DNA of 64,000 nt from Magallana gigas (Eukaryota). Below the pieces are notes generated by a model that was given only the letters and a program-made list of their open reading frames with translations, was not told the origin of the DNA and did no database searches. Made by a program: the position numbers and the translations under genes. This document shows, piece after piece, positions 1-13,322 of the stretch (positions are counted from its first letter, which is position 1; each line of letters opens with the position of its first letter). The stretch covers positions 52,328,001 to 52,392,000 of the forward strand of contig NC_088856.1 of NCBI RefSeq assembly GCF_963853765.1, given 5' to 3'.

Positions 1-41
1 TCACGATTTTACTAAGTTGTTGTTTTTTTTTACCAAACCAG

Positions 42-763
42 AGTGGATCTACATGTCCATCAGTTTGTCATCTTTCCTGGCTCTAGTTTTTGTCTGCATA
101 GTCGGCGTAGTGATTCTGAAATATTGCTATATTCTCTGTAGGTAAGTAAAAATGAAGATATTTCCGGATAACGCGTTTTTCTCAATATGAGGTTTAAAGG
201 CATGACAAAGTATTTGTACATTAAGATATAGGTAAGTCCGAAAAACCTGAAATGTTGATGGCTCTTTTAACGATTTTGATACTTTACTTGCCAGGACAGT
301 AAAATATCAAAATCGTTGAAATAGCCAGGAAAACATCAGATGTTTCAGATTAGATATAGGTATGATTACCTATTCATATTATTTATGCAATAAATGCATA
401 AACACTTTTATATGTAGATGAGTGTGATTTTTTTGTCATTCATTTTCTTTACACAGGCAAAAAACACGTGTAAAAGACGACGAAGAGGAAGTTGAGACCG
501 GATGTTGCTACACGTGCTGTATTCACTGCATTTCTTCCGGTTGCCGGGGGTGTTTCCCTGTACGTAAAAATAGCCCCAGGCCCACCCCTCAACCCCCGTC
601 ACCCAAGCCCAGCCTACGGTCGGTCAGTATACAGGCCGGAAGTAGTCCCAGTACCCTCAAACTAGAGGAAGTGGTGACGACTAAGAAAGTGGCAAAAGAG
701 TTGAGGAACTACTGGAAACCTCACATGCACGACATCCGGCAAAACAACCAGAGCACGAACTGA
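42..763 (+). CDS. 3' part of a single-pass membrane protein gene (TM exon + Cys-rich cytoplasmic tail exon); 5' end lies outside the window
   Basis: Exon 42-141 (ccag| ... |gtaagt) encodes WIYMSISLSSFLALVFVCIVGVVILKYCYILC(R). A phase-2 join to exon 457-763 (acacag|) gives QKTRVKDDEEEVETGCCYTCCIHCISSGCRGCFPV...QSTN*. Exon phases and layout match the downstream Sushi-TM gene. Confidence 0.75.
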
Positions 764-1524
764 CCATGACATTTGTGTAAGGCTAGAATGTCAAGGACAC
801 TTGATTGGACACGGCAAAACAAGGAACCAAATGTAGCGATCATACATGTACTTTAATATTCTGTTTTTTCATAACACGATCATCTGAAACTGACTTGTCC
901 TGTTCATTAGACAATTGTGGTGTTTATCAGAAGAAAAGGATAACAAGTTGAGAGGACTGCGATTTTTCACATTCAAATCATTACTATACATAATTCCTCA
1001 TCTTAACAGTCACAATACAACAAAATGCACTGAATAGTTACAATACACATTAAAATGTGCTTCGTATTGTCCTGTATTACCTAGTTCTTTACATAAATAA
1101 TCACACCTTTCCATTTTGCATGGACCATGTGGTACTTAAACAGATCCAGACTGTCAAGTTGCAATCATAATCCGCTGTATATGTTTAATGAAATTTACAG
1201 TCGGTCGTTTTCCTTCGCATAAATTGTTGTCATTAATATGGTCATGGCCATGTTTTATTACTGCGTTGAAAATCAATCAATTAATTTACTCAACATTGGT
1301 ATGCCTCTTATGATCACTAATTTTTTTATGAATAAAAAGTTAAAATCTTTAGTAGTTTTATTCTTAATGAAAATATATATACAATTTAGATTGAACTCCT
1401 TATCCCAAAGGACGAATCCACAGTCTAATTAAACGATTTGGGATTTTGTTCTTGGTTCATCTAAAAAGGTCAACTGTTATTACTAAACAGTTTAAAAGGA
1501 TACTGTTTCAACCTGTCAAACAGA

Positions 1525-1530
1525 TATAAA
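1525..1530 (+). promoter_or_regulatory. Candidate TATA box for the Sushi-TM gene
   Basis: TATAAA about 145 bp upstream of the ATG at 1671; based on position only. Confidence 0.3.
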
Positions 1531-1670
1531 TCTTACATACAGCGTTAACCCGTTGCTGGCATTCTCCCCTCGAGCTAAGCGACCAACAAACGTTACAACG
1601 CGGTTTTTGCGGGGCCTTGGAATTTTTTGATTAATGTCTCAAAAACGAATATTTATCCAAACTACATCAA

Positions 1671-2972
1671 ATGCAACCGTGCAGCTCCCCTCCCTCAGTA
1701 ACAAACGGGTTCTTTGTGATCGCCAAAGGATCGTACTCTAATGGGGACCAGATCAGTTACTACTGCAAGATGGGATACGAGCTGACCGGAACAGCAACAA
1801 GGTCATGTGACGGAGCGACTGGTGCGTGGAGCGGATCCACCCCGAAATGCACCGCGGCGACCACGATAGCTTCCGTTACCACAACTACAGAGTCCCCATC
1901 CCAAATTACAGGTAGGTTCTGCTGTTACTTTTTTGGTTTTGTTGTTTTCGTTTGGTTTTTTGGTATTGTTTTACATTTATTTTGTATTATTTATTCATGC
2001 ATGGATTATTTGGGGTATGCACGGAGACCAAAGAAAGTCATCAGGAGATCGTATACATAAATGTACAATAGCGCAATATTTCAAAGACATGGTTTGTTTA
2101 AATGAAATGGTTTCTGATCTGGAGTATGGTTTTCTGTAGTTGCCGCCCTAGTTCTGGTTCCTATGGTGATCCTGCTCCTCGTTCTGGTCAGTGCTGTAAC
2201 GGTGTACGCCATGAAGTACCTTCACTGTCAGAATGGCTGCAAGTAAGACACATTTTGTTTGGCTGATTGTCATGGGGGAGGGGGTGTCTTCGGGAGTCTT
2301 TGGACCAAAGTGAAACTGTTCCAACAGACCAACACTTAGGAATGGATTTATGGTGTATACTTGAAAATGTGTTCGTTAATTTTAGATAATTTAACTACAT
2401 AGTAAATGGGACATTGGACATAAACTTGTCGTTTCTAGCAAAACGTTTGGCCTGGTTTTCAGTTAAATCTTCTAGAATACAAGAGATAAAATGATGCGAT
2501 TTTAATTTGCCTAATTTTCAATAGTGTATATGTACATAAAAAAAATAGATGTGTAAATACAGCTTTCAGGTTTCAAGGGCTTTCAGTGAATATCAAATAT
2601 ATAATATATAAAGTCGTTTTGTTTTCCACCATTTTTTTTTCTAGAAAGCAGACGTTCTGGTTTGATGGAGATGAGTACATCCAGTATGGTCGCTGGTATT
2701 CCTGCTGCAATATTTGTTTAATCAACTGTTATGAACTTTGCACGTGTCAGAAATGCCAGAAAGTACGTCCTTCGGGAAATCGTAAAGCAGACGTGTGGAG
2801 ATCAACAAATGGCGGACCCTGGATGCCAGAAAATGCCAAAATGTCGACCCCGTCCAAAATGTTTTCTAGTTCTGTGTGGAGTTCCTCTGTGGAATCTAGA
2901 AATGGTGAGCATTGGAGACCAACTCTAGGTTCCTTGCATGAAACTTCTCAGACAACGCTATCCGATATCTGA
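1671..2972 (+). CDS. Sushi/CCP domain - Thr-rich stalk - TM - Cys-rich cytoplasmic tail protein (3 exons, ~223 aa)
   Basis: Exons 1671-1911, 2140-2242, 2645-2972 have canonical GT-AG and matching phases (1, 2). Sushi signature C-SSPP-V-NG...Y-C-MGY-L-G...R-C...G-WSGSTP-C; TM VAALVLVPMVILLLVLVSAVTVYAM; tail SCCNICLINCYELCTCQKC. Confidence 0.85.
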
Positions 2973-3166
2973 TGTTTAATATACGTATATTATACGTGTG
3001 TATTTGTGACTTTTGTCAAATACTTTTATGTATAGATCCGAAAGTTTTTCTATTTAGATTGCTGATTTACATACCGGTATTGCCATTTGAATCTTGATGT
3101 TAAACATGTTTGAATTTCAGATTTGATCAATTGTTTTCTATCAAATCTTATTTTAATTACCTTTAT

Positions 3167-3168
<2 letters not shown>

Positions 3169-3230
<62 letters not shown>
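3169..3230. repeat. (CT)n + (AT)n microsatellite
   Basis: Directly visible. Confidence 0.95.
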
Positions 3231-4065
3231 CTTGTTTTACTAGTATTATTTCCCTTGTTTTGGGTACAAACAATTTTAAATCCTCGTTGGATAACATAAA
3301 CAAACTCTTAAGACTGTAAACAGCCATGCTATGACCTTGAATTGCTAGTTGTGTGGACCCTGAGGTCCACGCAGAAAATATATAAGCGAGGTTAAACCGG
3401 ATGCTATGGGGAAAATTCAGACTGCGCATGAGCTAGCCTGGTTCTTGTATATCTGAATCGGGATCGGGATTCCGTGCCATATGCACACTAAGTTCAAAGG
3501 CGCTGTAATTGTAAAGTTGTCGGTAAACAGAACAGAAACAAAGTATTCCTTTTAAAGAAATAATTGGCATGTGATATGAACTATCAGTATTATGAAATAA
3601 GTTAATGTTATGCCGAAACTACAACACGCATCAAATAGCATAATTTGCAATGTTTTGTTGTTTTCCGAATACACAAGTAACTTAACGTTACTTTTATAGT
3701 AGGCGAGGCTAGAGAACTTCCCGATTAAATTTTTTAAGCATTTAAGTATGATTGAATAATTAAGTCACTGTATAAAAGTTTAAATCTCAAGAAAAACGCA
3801 ACATATGAATATGAAATTTTTAATTTACACAAAGCTGTCACTGCATAGTTAACAAAGTAGTGCGAATCGTAATGTGTGCGGAAATAGTAGAATTCGCCGA
3901 TTGCCTGATACTATACATGCAAACTTCATTCATAGAAAGATCATAATTATTTTAGAAGCATGAATCCTTTAAATTCTGAGATAAAAAGCCAGGGCTATAC
4001 ATACATGTATACGTAATACAACGTACAAATTTAGTGGTTAAAAGCAGAGGGCTAGAGTCGATGGA

Positions 4066-4388
4066 CAATCGCAACTTCTCGGGCCTTTCCGGCAAGCTCG
4101 GAAAAACACCTCGAATGTATTACCTAAGCGTCCATGACAACCCCCCTTTTTATAAAACTTGATATAAATTCAACACATTTTAAGATCTGTTGAAATGTGA
4201 GTTACATTTTATTAAAATCAATGATATACCCTAAAATATACCACAGAAATGACTTACAATGCTGTTTAGCCGATATTTATTATAATGGGAAGCGACTCCT
4301 TTTTGTATAAAATTCTAACATCCGGTGATGTTAATACATTCGAGGTGTTTTTCCGAGCCTGTCGGAAAGGCCCGAGAAGATGCGATTG
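4066..4388. mobile_element. MITE with ~56-bp terminal inverted repeats
   Basis: Left caatcgcaacttctcgggcctttccggcaagctcggaaaaacacctcgaatgtatta is the near-perfect reverse complement of 4332-4388. No TSD recognised. Confidence 0.8.
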
Positions 4389-6914
4389 AATCGGTGGAAT
4401 CTCTGATAATCATAAGGCTTTCACGTTTTCTTTGGAAACACATGCAAATGGTCCACGTATTGTAGTCCTTTTTTAAAGGACAGCAACTTGTATTACATAT
4501 TGGTCACTATGATACTTAATTATGTATACCTAGCTACTGCGCATTGAATTGTGGTAATGATAACTAACAGAATGAACTCTGTGACTCTTGTAGCACTGCG
4601 TAGTATTCCTAAATGATGTTATAAAATCAGGTGAATAATACGGGCATAATAATATCCAAATTGAGAGTTTAAAAACAAGTGTCATATTTGGCGATTCTGT
4701 GTCTGCAACGATAGCTCTGGTACTCTATATTGAGTCATGCATTGTATATTCTATATATTAACCTTTGTAACCTTTTATGCCATGTATGAATAAACGTATT
4801 ATGAGGAAGTGATGCCTCATAACTAGGTGGGGGACTCCGAGACTCAGGACTCGGAGACTCAAGTCCTTCATCCGTACTCTTTGATAGGCAGTTTTGACAG
4901 TTTTGTTACTTTATTTAAAAATAAAATATTAATCTGAAATTTGAACACTAAATGTTCACTCATGATCGTCGAAGATGGGCCAAACTGTCCATCATAAGTA
5001 AAATGTTAAATATACCCATGTAAAATGAGGTTGAGTGGACTCTTTGATTTGGACTGCTTTTAATTGTTGTAACTTTGACTATACGATCACACTTTAATAA
5101 AACCGCTTGTGAAAGAAATACTGTACTTGGTGATTAGTAAGTTTTAGCTGACCCTCAAGTGGATCCATTAGACAGAAGGCTTACAAGACAAAATAGTCCA
5201 ATCGCCGCATTTTCGGGCATTTAAACCTTTTTGTATCGACTTGATTACACATTAGTATAAAGTATATCAGGTTTTCGCTTTATTATTTTCATTGCATTTT
5301 ATTGAATTACTTTACAGATATGTTCCATTTAGATGAAAACTCTTAATTAATTATTATATCTAACTCATCACTATGACAGATACTGACTATGTGGTAATTT
5401 TTTTTGGAGGGTGGGGGGTTTGGGTTTTGTAAAGAAATTTTCTCTTAGGCAGTTATGGTCCCAACCGCACCATATCTTGGGAAGACAACCCATTTTGTTT
5501 CGACTTGATCACATATAAAATAAAAAGATCATATTTATTTTTTGTTTATTTTTTATTTATTTGTTAGAAGTACTCCACAAGTATGTATAGGCCTACTCAA
5601 CCAATTACCGCAGGTGCCTGTATATACTCGCTGAAAAAGAAATCAAAATAGTATATTTCGTAAACTGTGAGAATTTTCTATGCTAAACTATGCTAGGGTT
5701 ATTGGACTTTCGCCGGCATAGAATTAAGAACATGTAATTCGAATAATTAATATGTAAACAATGGGTAAAATATCTTGAGTTTGTTTAGTGCATTATGCCA
5801 ATTTGAAAATACATTGATACTCGTTATTGATCGGCTACAATTAAGCGACATTAAACATCGCATCATAAATTACTATATTATTGGTGTGTTTGAATTTTCG
5901 TGGATTTCGCGTGTACTTCGGATCGACGAATTAAAAAAGTCTTTCTCATATATTCAAATTAATCCAAAAAATCCTGTACAGAACATCCCATAAAACTATT
6001 AAAAACGACAAACCAAGAAAATAAATCGTAATCATTTTAGAAATAAAAAATCATTCTTTGAAATTAATGGGGAAGATTATTACGGTTTGGCAAGTGATGA
6101 AATCCTATTAATTTCACAGGGATTTTGTGGCACGGGACAATGTTGTTTTATGAAACTCACTGAAGCAAGGGGGTGTGTGTCTTTGGAACTCTGATACCAG
6201 AATTTATTTCTCCAGTTTCCATTCAACACAAATGCCTTTAATTCACTCCCTATAAGGCTTATCACCAATTGGAGGAAAATTAGTAGTCAGAATGTGTAAA
6301 ATTTTCAACATATAAAGTGTTTTTTCTGAGTTTCGACCCTTTCTTTTTCGCCCAATTTTCATGATTTGTTCAGCTTTTTAGGCCACCCTCGCTAATTCCC
6401 TGGAAAAGGGTTGGCAATCCGTATCATGTGCATTTTGCACCTTTACATAACAGAAACCTACCTGTGTAAAGTTTACTACATGTATGTCACACCCACCTAC
6501 TTTTTGTGCTATATTTTACCATAGGCGCAAGTCTGATTCACAGGTACGTAACATGACGGGTAGACTATGTATTTGGTAGACCTGTTAGTTTCAACAAGAG
6601 ACAACCCTATAACTAATGATAATCATTAAAAATCATTTCATGAATTTTTCAGCAATTCTCAATTTTACAAAAATGTTGATTGGGTACTTCAATCATCTGA
6701 AACTGTCTCATGCTACATTTGTGATCGATTTGATAACGTACAGACAGTAATGACCTGTCATTCCCCTCCTATTTACATTGACAGCATTTTCCAGTTATTT
6801 TACGTAAAATCAAAATTAGGACATTTTGACATGCTTTGCATCATGCGAGCCCCGCTTGTACCCTCGCAGTCGTCGTCTTGACTCGCATGGATTTACCAAG
6901 TAATGTAGACTGTA

Positions 6915-9789
6915 TTACCATGCAGTTAAAGGCAAACACGTGATACTGTTAAGCACGCTAATTTCATACCAATTATGTTATTATAAAAAAAACCAAAAAA
7001 ACAAAAACGGTGGAATTTGATTCGAAGTGTATATATTAAATCATTAAATTCGCGTTATTTCATACCATATTAAAGATATACCTGGAGTCGTATTCACAGA
7101 TGTAGTACAGGGGGTACGAACATAGAGCGTCCCCCCACATTCCATGGAACTGGGGGGAGGAGTCTATCTCCACGCAGTCTTCTTCGTGGTAGTTGTCAGG
7201 GTTACCGCTCGCCCAGGGCATGGTCAGGGTCACGGGTTTCCTGGAGTAGGCGTACATCCACTCCCCCTCCAGGAATATGTCGTGTATCCCAATAAAGTAA
7301 TCCCCGTTGTTTCCTAGCAACACATATTGTTAAAGTTGAGCCCAGCACAAAATATTTCAAATCTCGAAAGTTTTCTATTCATAAATATATTTCATTTCAT
7401 CGGACAAGCAGAAGGAAGACTTCTAAAAAGTTGTACTATACAAACAGTTTTTAATAAGTTTTTGTTTAATGGTTTTATTAGTGGTTTGTAACGTGATCCG
7501 AAGGGCTTCTCAGATCAGAAGATTTAATCACCTTGGTCAAAAGTCCAATTGCTTCCCGTTTTTATGTTAAAAATGTAATTTCAGAATTGATACATTGTTG
7601 TTCTTGAGAAGGGGATTTTTTAAACACTTTCCCTATGTTTGATTTCATTGTTGAACTTTGAACCCCCCTTGGGGCCCCAGTTTTACATGTATCTAGGTGT
7701 CATGGTTTTTACAATTGAGAAATCTACACTGTCTGAGGATCCTCGTATCATGATAGTAATCTCACAAATTGTTGCATTATGTTTCTTGAGAAGATTTTAA
7801 AAAAATCTTCGTACGTATTTTTATGTTTAACTTTGAATTCCTCTTGGTCTGGGGATCACATGTGCACTATCTTAGAATACCTGCAAATTGTAGCATTGTA
7901 GTTCTTGGGTTGATTTTTAACCATTTCCCATAATATATTTTAATGTTAATCTTTGAACCCTCTTGCGGCCCCAATCTTGGTTGGGGGTCACGATTTTAAC
8001 AATTTAAATCTATATTTACTTATGATGCTTGCATGGCCATCATACACATTGTAACATTGCAGTTTTTTAAAGAATATTTCTTTTTAAATTCCCTATATAT
8101 TGGAATTTTAATCTTTGATTCCCTCAAGGGGAACAGGATTTGCGTTCGGGTCCTTGTTTTAACAAGTTAGACTCTATATTTGTAATTTGTCAAATTGTAG
8201 CATTGTAGTTCTCTCAAATAAGATTTGAAAACATTACCCTATATGTTTCTATGTTGAACTTTGAACTCCCCTTTGCACCGTATAATTTTTTTCAAGGGTC
8301 ACGCCTTAAATAATTTAGAATCTACACTATCTTACGATTCTTGCCTAGTGATGTAACAAATTTTAGCTCTGTATTTTTTTTTAGAAAAAGATGTTTGAAC
8401 ACTTACCAACAAATTTCTTTCATAATTTATGAACTCCTTCTAGGGTCCCGGTATTACTTCGGGGGCCACGATATTAGCAATATAGAATCTTCACTAATAT
8501 ATACAAGCTTTGTAAAGTTGTAAATGTTAGTGTTTCTATACAGAGGTTCTTAAGAAATTTTAAAAGACACACACCCTATTTTCACTGTTTCGCAATTATC
8601 TCCCTTTTATATCAAAAGGATTTTGCCGTTTGTTTTCACATTTTAAAATCCTCTTCCCATAAGGATGCTTTGTACAAAGTTTAGCTCAGTGGTTCTAGAA
8701 AAGAAGTCCAAAATATAACAAGTTTACAGACAGACAGACGGACGACGGACAGCAGGTAATCAGAATAGCTCTCTTTAACCTTCAATTCAGGCGACCTAAA
8801 ATTCTGAGAGTTGAGTAAAAAAAAAACTAACATAGAACCTGTATTTCAAACTTTATGTTTTCATTATTTTCCTTTGAATTAACGTCATTATCTTATTTAT
8901 ATTTTTATTAAAGTTTCTATAATACAAAATAAATATTTCATATGAGATGTTTTATATTACCTATCTGCATCGTTTCACGTCCCAGAAACACCACCTCTTC
9001 CTGTGTGACCGGTTCAGCAAGTTTACTTCCGAACGATTGGCACAGCGCCTACAAAAAGGCATTGTCTTACTCAACAGAACGGAAGATCATCATAAATAGC
9101 GCCTATCCAAACGACGGCACAGCGCCTAAAATAATTATTGGCAAAATATCATAGGATCAAATAAAGAAACATTAATTTTTTTATTCTAGATAGTAAACTG
9201 TACACACAGAAATATTCGCTACCGCTTTATTTTCGCTCATACAGCAAAACTCGGTTATAACGAAGTCACTGGGACCTGAGAAATTACTTCGTTATATCCG
9301 TAGTTCGTTATAACCATATAAATTTACACAGCTGGGTATCCAAGATGACTTCGCTCTATCCGTGAATTCGCAATATCCGTGTTCGTACTCAACGAGTTTT
9401 ACTGTATCGCCTTTAAGACTGGGTGAATTCAAAACAATCTTTAGATAACTGAGTGTGTTAATTAGTACGAGTCTACCTCTTACTGTGTCTGGAATTCAAG
9501 ACAGGGCGGAACCGCTTGCAAATGTTTAAGGGTGCATGAGAAAAACAGCGGGCGAACATAACCATGCATGTATACAGAAGTTATTGAACTTATGACCACT
9601 TATGGCATTGTCAAATCTATGTATACTTTAGACTTTAATTTTCATCGAAAACTGCAAGATGGTCCAATTTACTTGTAAATGCGCCAAAACTGCCATTTCA
9701 GAAACAAATTCATTCCCTAAAGTGGGTCGCGGGTTTGCTTTCGTCATCTGTACTCATTTGTCTTATAATTTGAAATATACATGGTGTAT

Positions 9790-9874
<85 letters not shown>

Positions 9875-10365
9875 ATAACATACCGATGCAGCATACCAGG
9901 TTTCTTTGGTTTTCCCAAAAAAGTAGCATTTGTCTCGAAAAGTCACCCACCCATGAACACATGACGCTGCTAAGAGAACATTGTACCTAGAAACATGTGC
10001 CTCTATTCAAGGTGGTATGGCAAATCTACTTTTCTTTCATGCAGATGAAAATTTGATTATTTACTTCATATAGTAAAAAAAAAGTAGTATCTTTTAATTA
10101 AAGTATTTATATCGTACGTGTTTCTATATTTTTAAAGACATATGATTTTCTGCGTATATATCAAGATTGCAAAATTAACTCATAGCACTCAACATGTTGA
10201 ATATTCTATTTACAACAGTAAATTAGACTCCATGTATAGTGAAGAAATGTGTATTATTCATCTCATTACATGTATATGTATACACATGTATAATATAAAG
10301 GTTTTACCTTCAGAAAAGGGAAAGTACAAACAGGCCAAAAGAACTACCGTAGAAAGATTCTCCAT
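6915..10365 (-). CDS. Secreted C-type lectin, perlucin-like (CTL-1), 5 exons, ~164 aa
   Basis: Exons 10365-10308 (signal peptide MENLSTVVLLACLYFPFSE), 9969-9884 (SCVHGWVTFRDKCYFF...WYAAS), 9048-8961 (ALCQSFGSKLAEP...), 7313-7082 (YFIGIHD..EGEW...WASGNPDNYHEEDCVE...WGDALC...YICEY) and a probable micro-exon 6945-6915. All junctions are GT-AG with consistent phases; exon 5 is less certain. Confidence 0.88.
7500..8800 (-). mobile_element. Non-autonomous Helentron-like (HINE/CvA-type) element with a degenerate internal tandem array
   Basis: Degenerate ~160-bp repeats (ttgaactttgaacccc...ggggcccc...). The end has gacagacagacggacgacggacag...caggcgacctaaaa, homologous to the element end at 61450. 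Left boundary approximate. Confidence 0.6.
9242..9405. mobile_element. Small TA-flanked MITE (Tc1/mariner-like ends), family also at 30412
   Basis: ta|cagcaaaactcggtta ... tcaacgagttttactg|ta. Confidence 0.65.
9797..9872. repeat. (CT)n microsatellite immediately downstream of the CTL-1 exon 2 donor
   Basis: Directly visible. Confidence 0.95.
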
Positions 10366-10807
10366 TGTTTGATAAAGTGTTCTTTAACCTCCGGCTTATC
10401 GCTTATCTTCAGGCGGTTGTTGGTCTTATAAATCCTATTATTTGCTTCCATAAAATATATATAGTGCATTTGCTATGAAATGGGTTTTTGCAAAATTGGA
10501 GGTGAGCGCCCCACCCCCTTCCCCCCCCCCCCTTTTTGGGGGGTGGGGGTGGATTCGGATTCTTGTAACTGACTGTAATAGCGTGGTTATCGAAAAAAAA
10601 AGTTTTTATTTGATTTTGAATAATTGTAAAACATGAGAATATTCTGTATACATTCATATCAATAGCAAAATCTGTCAATGTATTTTTTAATTGGAAGGAC
10701 CGGCGTATGATCAATTTTGCATGAACACATGTACAATAAACCAGTTAGTCATTTTATTTTATTTTTAAACATTTAATTTTCATTCAGACAGTCACTTAAT
10801 TAGTCCT

Positions 10808-13036
10808 TCATCCAATCACAAGCGTCTGTTGTTGTTCTCTGTTAAAAAAAAGGAAAACCCCCAATTACTTCGAATGCCAATACAACTAGATCGGGATGCT
10901 CATTTTTGTTTAATTCGTTGAGTTAATACATTTTTACAGAAAACATGAGAATACTATTTTTACAATTCATTTTTTGCATTTTTGCACAGTACATAACCTT
11001 AAGCTTCATTATCAGTGTCTAAGCGCAAATTTAAAACGGGGATAAATGAAAAAGTAAAATTAATATTTTCTCAACAAAACAGATCCTTTCTATTTGCAAA
11101 TTTTAAACGGAGCGAATTTTTGTACAACACAAATATGCTCATGTACACACAATAATAGCTTAGCGAACAGAGCCTTACACTCTGCTGTATTCACAGATGA
11201 ACTTGGACGGTAGGGGGCATGATTTGTCTGCGTACTGTCCGCTGTACGGGGGAAAGGCGGCAATCTCCACGCAGTCCTCCTCCTTGTAGTTGTCCGGGCC
11301 CCCATTGGTCCAGGGTAGAGCCACCTCCACGGGGGTGCGGGAGTGGGCGTACACCCAGTCTCCCTCTAGAAATAGGTCAGTGACCCCGATATTGTAGGCG
11401 CTATTGTTACCTGACGTGAAGGATGAAAATTTATCATTGTAAAGGACTTGTTTTAGGTTCATGTTAAAGATCTCACTCTTGCAATAGATCATAATTATAC
11501 AGTTCTCTTATTCTTTAGACGTTCTCTGACATGATTGCTGATTTTAAAGGTCACGGATTATAGTGTCGAGTTATAGATCATATAGTTTTTGTTTTAACAA
11601 AATTAATATTTCAATTTTTTATTGATTTCAAACAGTTCTTAAGGTCAGACGCGACCTATCTTACATTTTTTCTATTGTTTCCTATCTTCACAATGTGAAG
11701 ATTTTTACTTAGTAATTTTATAGTTAAATTTTTATGTGATATGATTCTTCTTTTATTTAGATATAAAGTGTTCAATTCAAAATGTATTGTATGGCTTTTT
11801 TTTTATTAGCATTCAAATGCATTTTGCATGATATTTTAAGGATTATTCGAAATATTCTAGCTCCGAAAAGAGCATGGTAATATATCCTGAATTTTTGGGA
11901 ATTAACAGGTTGAAATGTCAATAAAAAGGAATTAAATATCAGGGAAAATAATATAAAATTGAGGAACGTCTCTTGTGTCCTTGATTTTGAAATTTCCCAT
12001 GTTTTTCCACAATAATATATAATGTACCAAGCCAATCTAGGTAGACGTATAGAATATTATATAGGATAAGTTTTATCGCTTTAAAGAACCCTGAAGTCCT
12101 ACCTTGTAATACAGTCTGTTGGGAGAGGAAATCTACCTCCTCCTGAGTTTTGGGTTCGGCTAGCTTGCTGTTAAAAGCTTGACAAAAGGCCTTAAAGGAT
12201 ATAATAAAATGTGAATATTATTAAAGAATAGACCCCATTTTATGAAATGAAAACAAAGGGGTCAAATAGTATTGAGGACGACGACGACGACGATGATGAT
12301 GATGATTACGACGAAGAAAAAGATGAAGATGATGATGATGAAGATAGAGCTACACAATACTCACGGAGGCTCCAAACCAGGTATCTGTATGTTCGCTGAA
12401 GAAGTAACACTTCTCTTGATACGACACCCACCCATTCAGACATGGCAACGCTAAAAAGGAAAGTGTATCTACCGGGTCTTTGTTGGTCCTTGATTTAGTT
12501 GTACTGACAGGGGATATCATAATAAAGTTTGAATGAACACATTTTTTTATTATAAGGTTGCATGTCATTTCAGTTTGCGACAAATCTCTTAGTTTAAGAA
12601 ATAAATACTATTGAACACTTTTAATTTTTTTTTTATATTTTTATAAAAGTGTGACTTTTGTTACGCATGCAGCAAAATGTGCCACACATGCATCACATGT
12701 GTGACCTCACGTGTTTAAATAGTATGATATTAGAATCATTCGGACATCTTCTTTGAAGTTATCACCGATCATAAAACTCTGATATAGGCAGAGAACAAAG
12801 GTTAATGATAACTATGATCTTTGGTTTTGCATCCTCTCAATTTCCAAATTGGTTGTTCAATATTAAAATACGATTTTCAAATATAGGATTTATTCCTACA
12901 TTATCTGTAAAACATAGTGAACATTAAACAAATGTGTAAATGCCTTACCTTCAGAAAAATACAGTAAAGGAAACCAATAAAGTAAATAAACAAAAACTCC
13001 TTGGGTACCTGCTCGTCCCCCCATATCGTTCAGCAT
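10808..13036 (-). CDS. Secreted C-type lectin, perlucin-like (CTL-2), 5 exons, ~174 aa
   Basis: Exons 13036-12949 (MLNDMGGRAGTQGVFVYLLYWFPLLYFSE), 12450-12365, 12190-12103, 11410-11179 (WTNGGPDNYKEEDCVE...YADKSC..KFICEY) and 10838-10808 (EQQQTLVIG*). Internal exon sizes 86/88/232 are identical to CTL-1. Confidence 0.9.
12277..12345. repeat. (GAC)n/(GAT)n trinucleotide microsatellite in CTL-2 intron 2
   Basis: Directly visible. Confidence 0.9.
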
Positions 13037-13322
13037 GATATCGTCCTCAGATTACATGTAATTAACCCAAACAATGGCTATACAGATGTGATCCTGCGCA
13101 GTGTACCACATATTTGAGCTTCCAATACCCAACAACCAACTAAAAGCCCACCTGTACATTCGCTACCGGTGTATTCTTGTCTCACTGTTTACAGGTGAAA
13201 TACTTTACGCAAACATTGAATGTCCTTGATGATCAGAACAAACCATGTAAACCTGTACTTATTTAATTAGGCTTTATCTCCAATGAAAATATGTAATAGG
13301 AGTTGGTTGTTTTGAAACCCAG

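Noticed and set aside
9659-9990. RERERE / SLSLSL ORFs (also at 3110-3429)
   Set aside because: Translations of (CT)n microsatellites.
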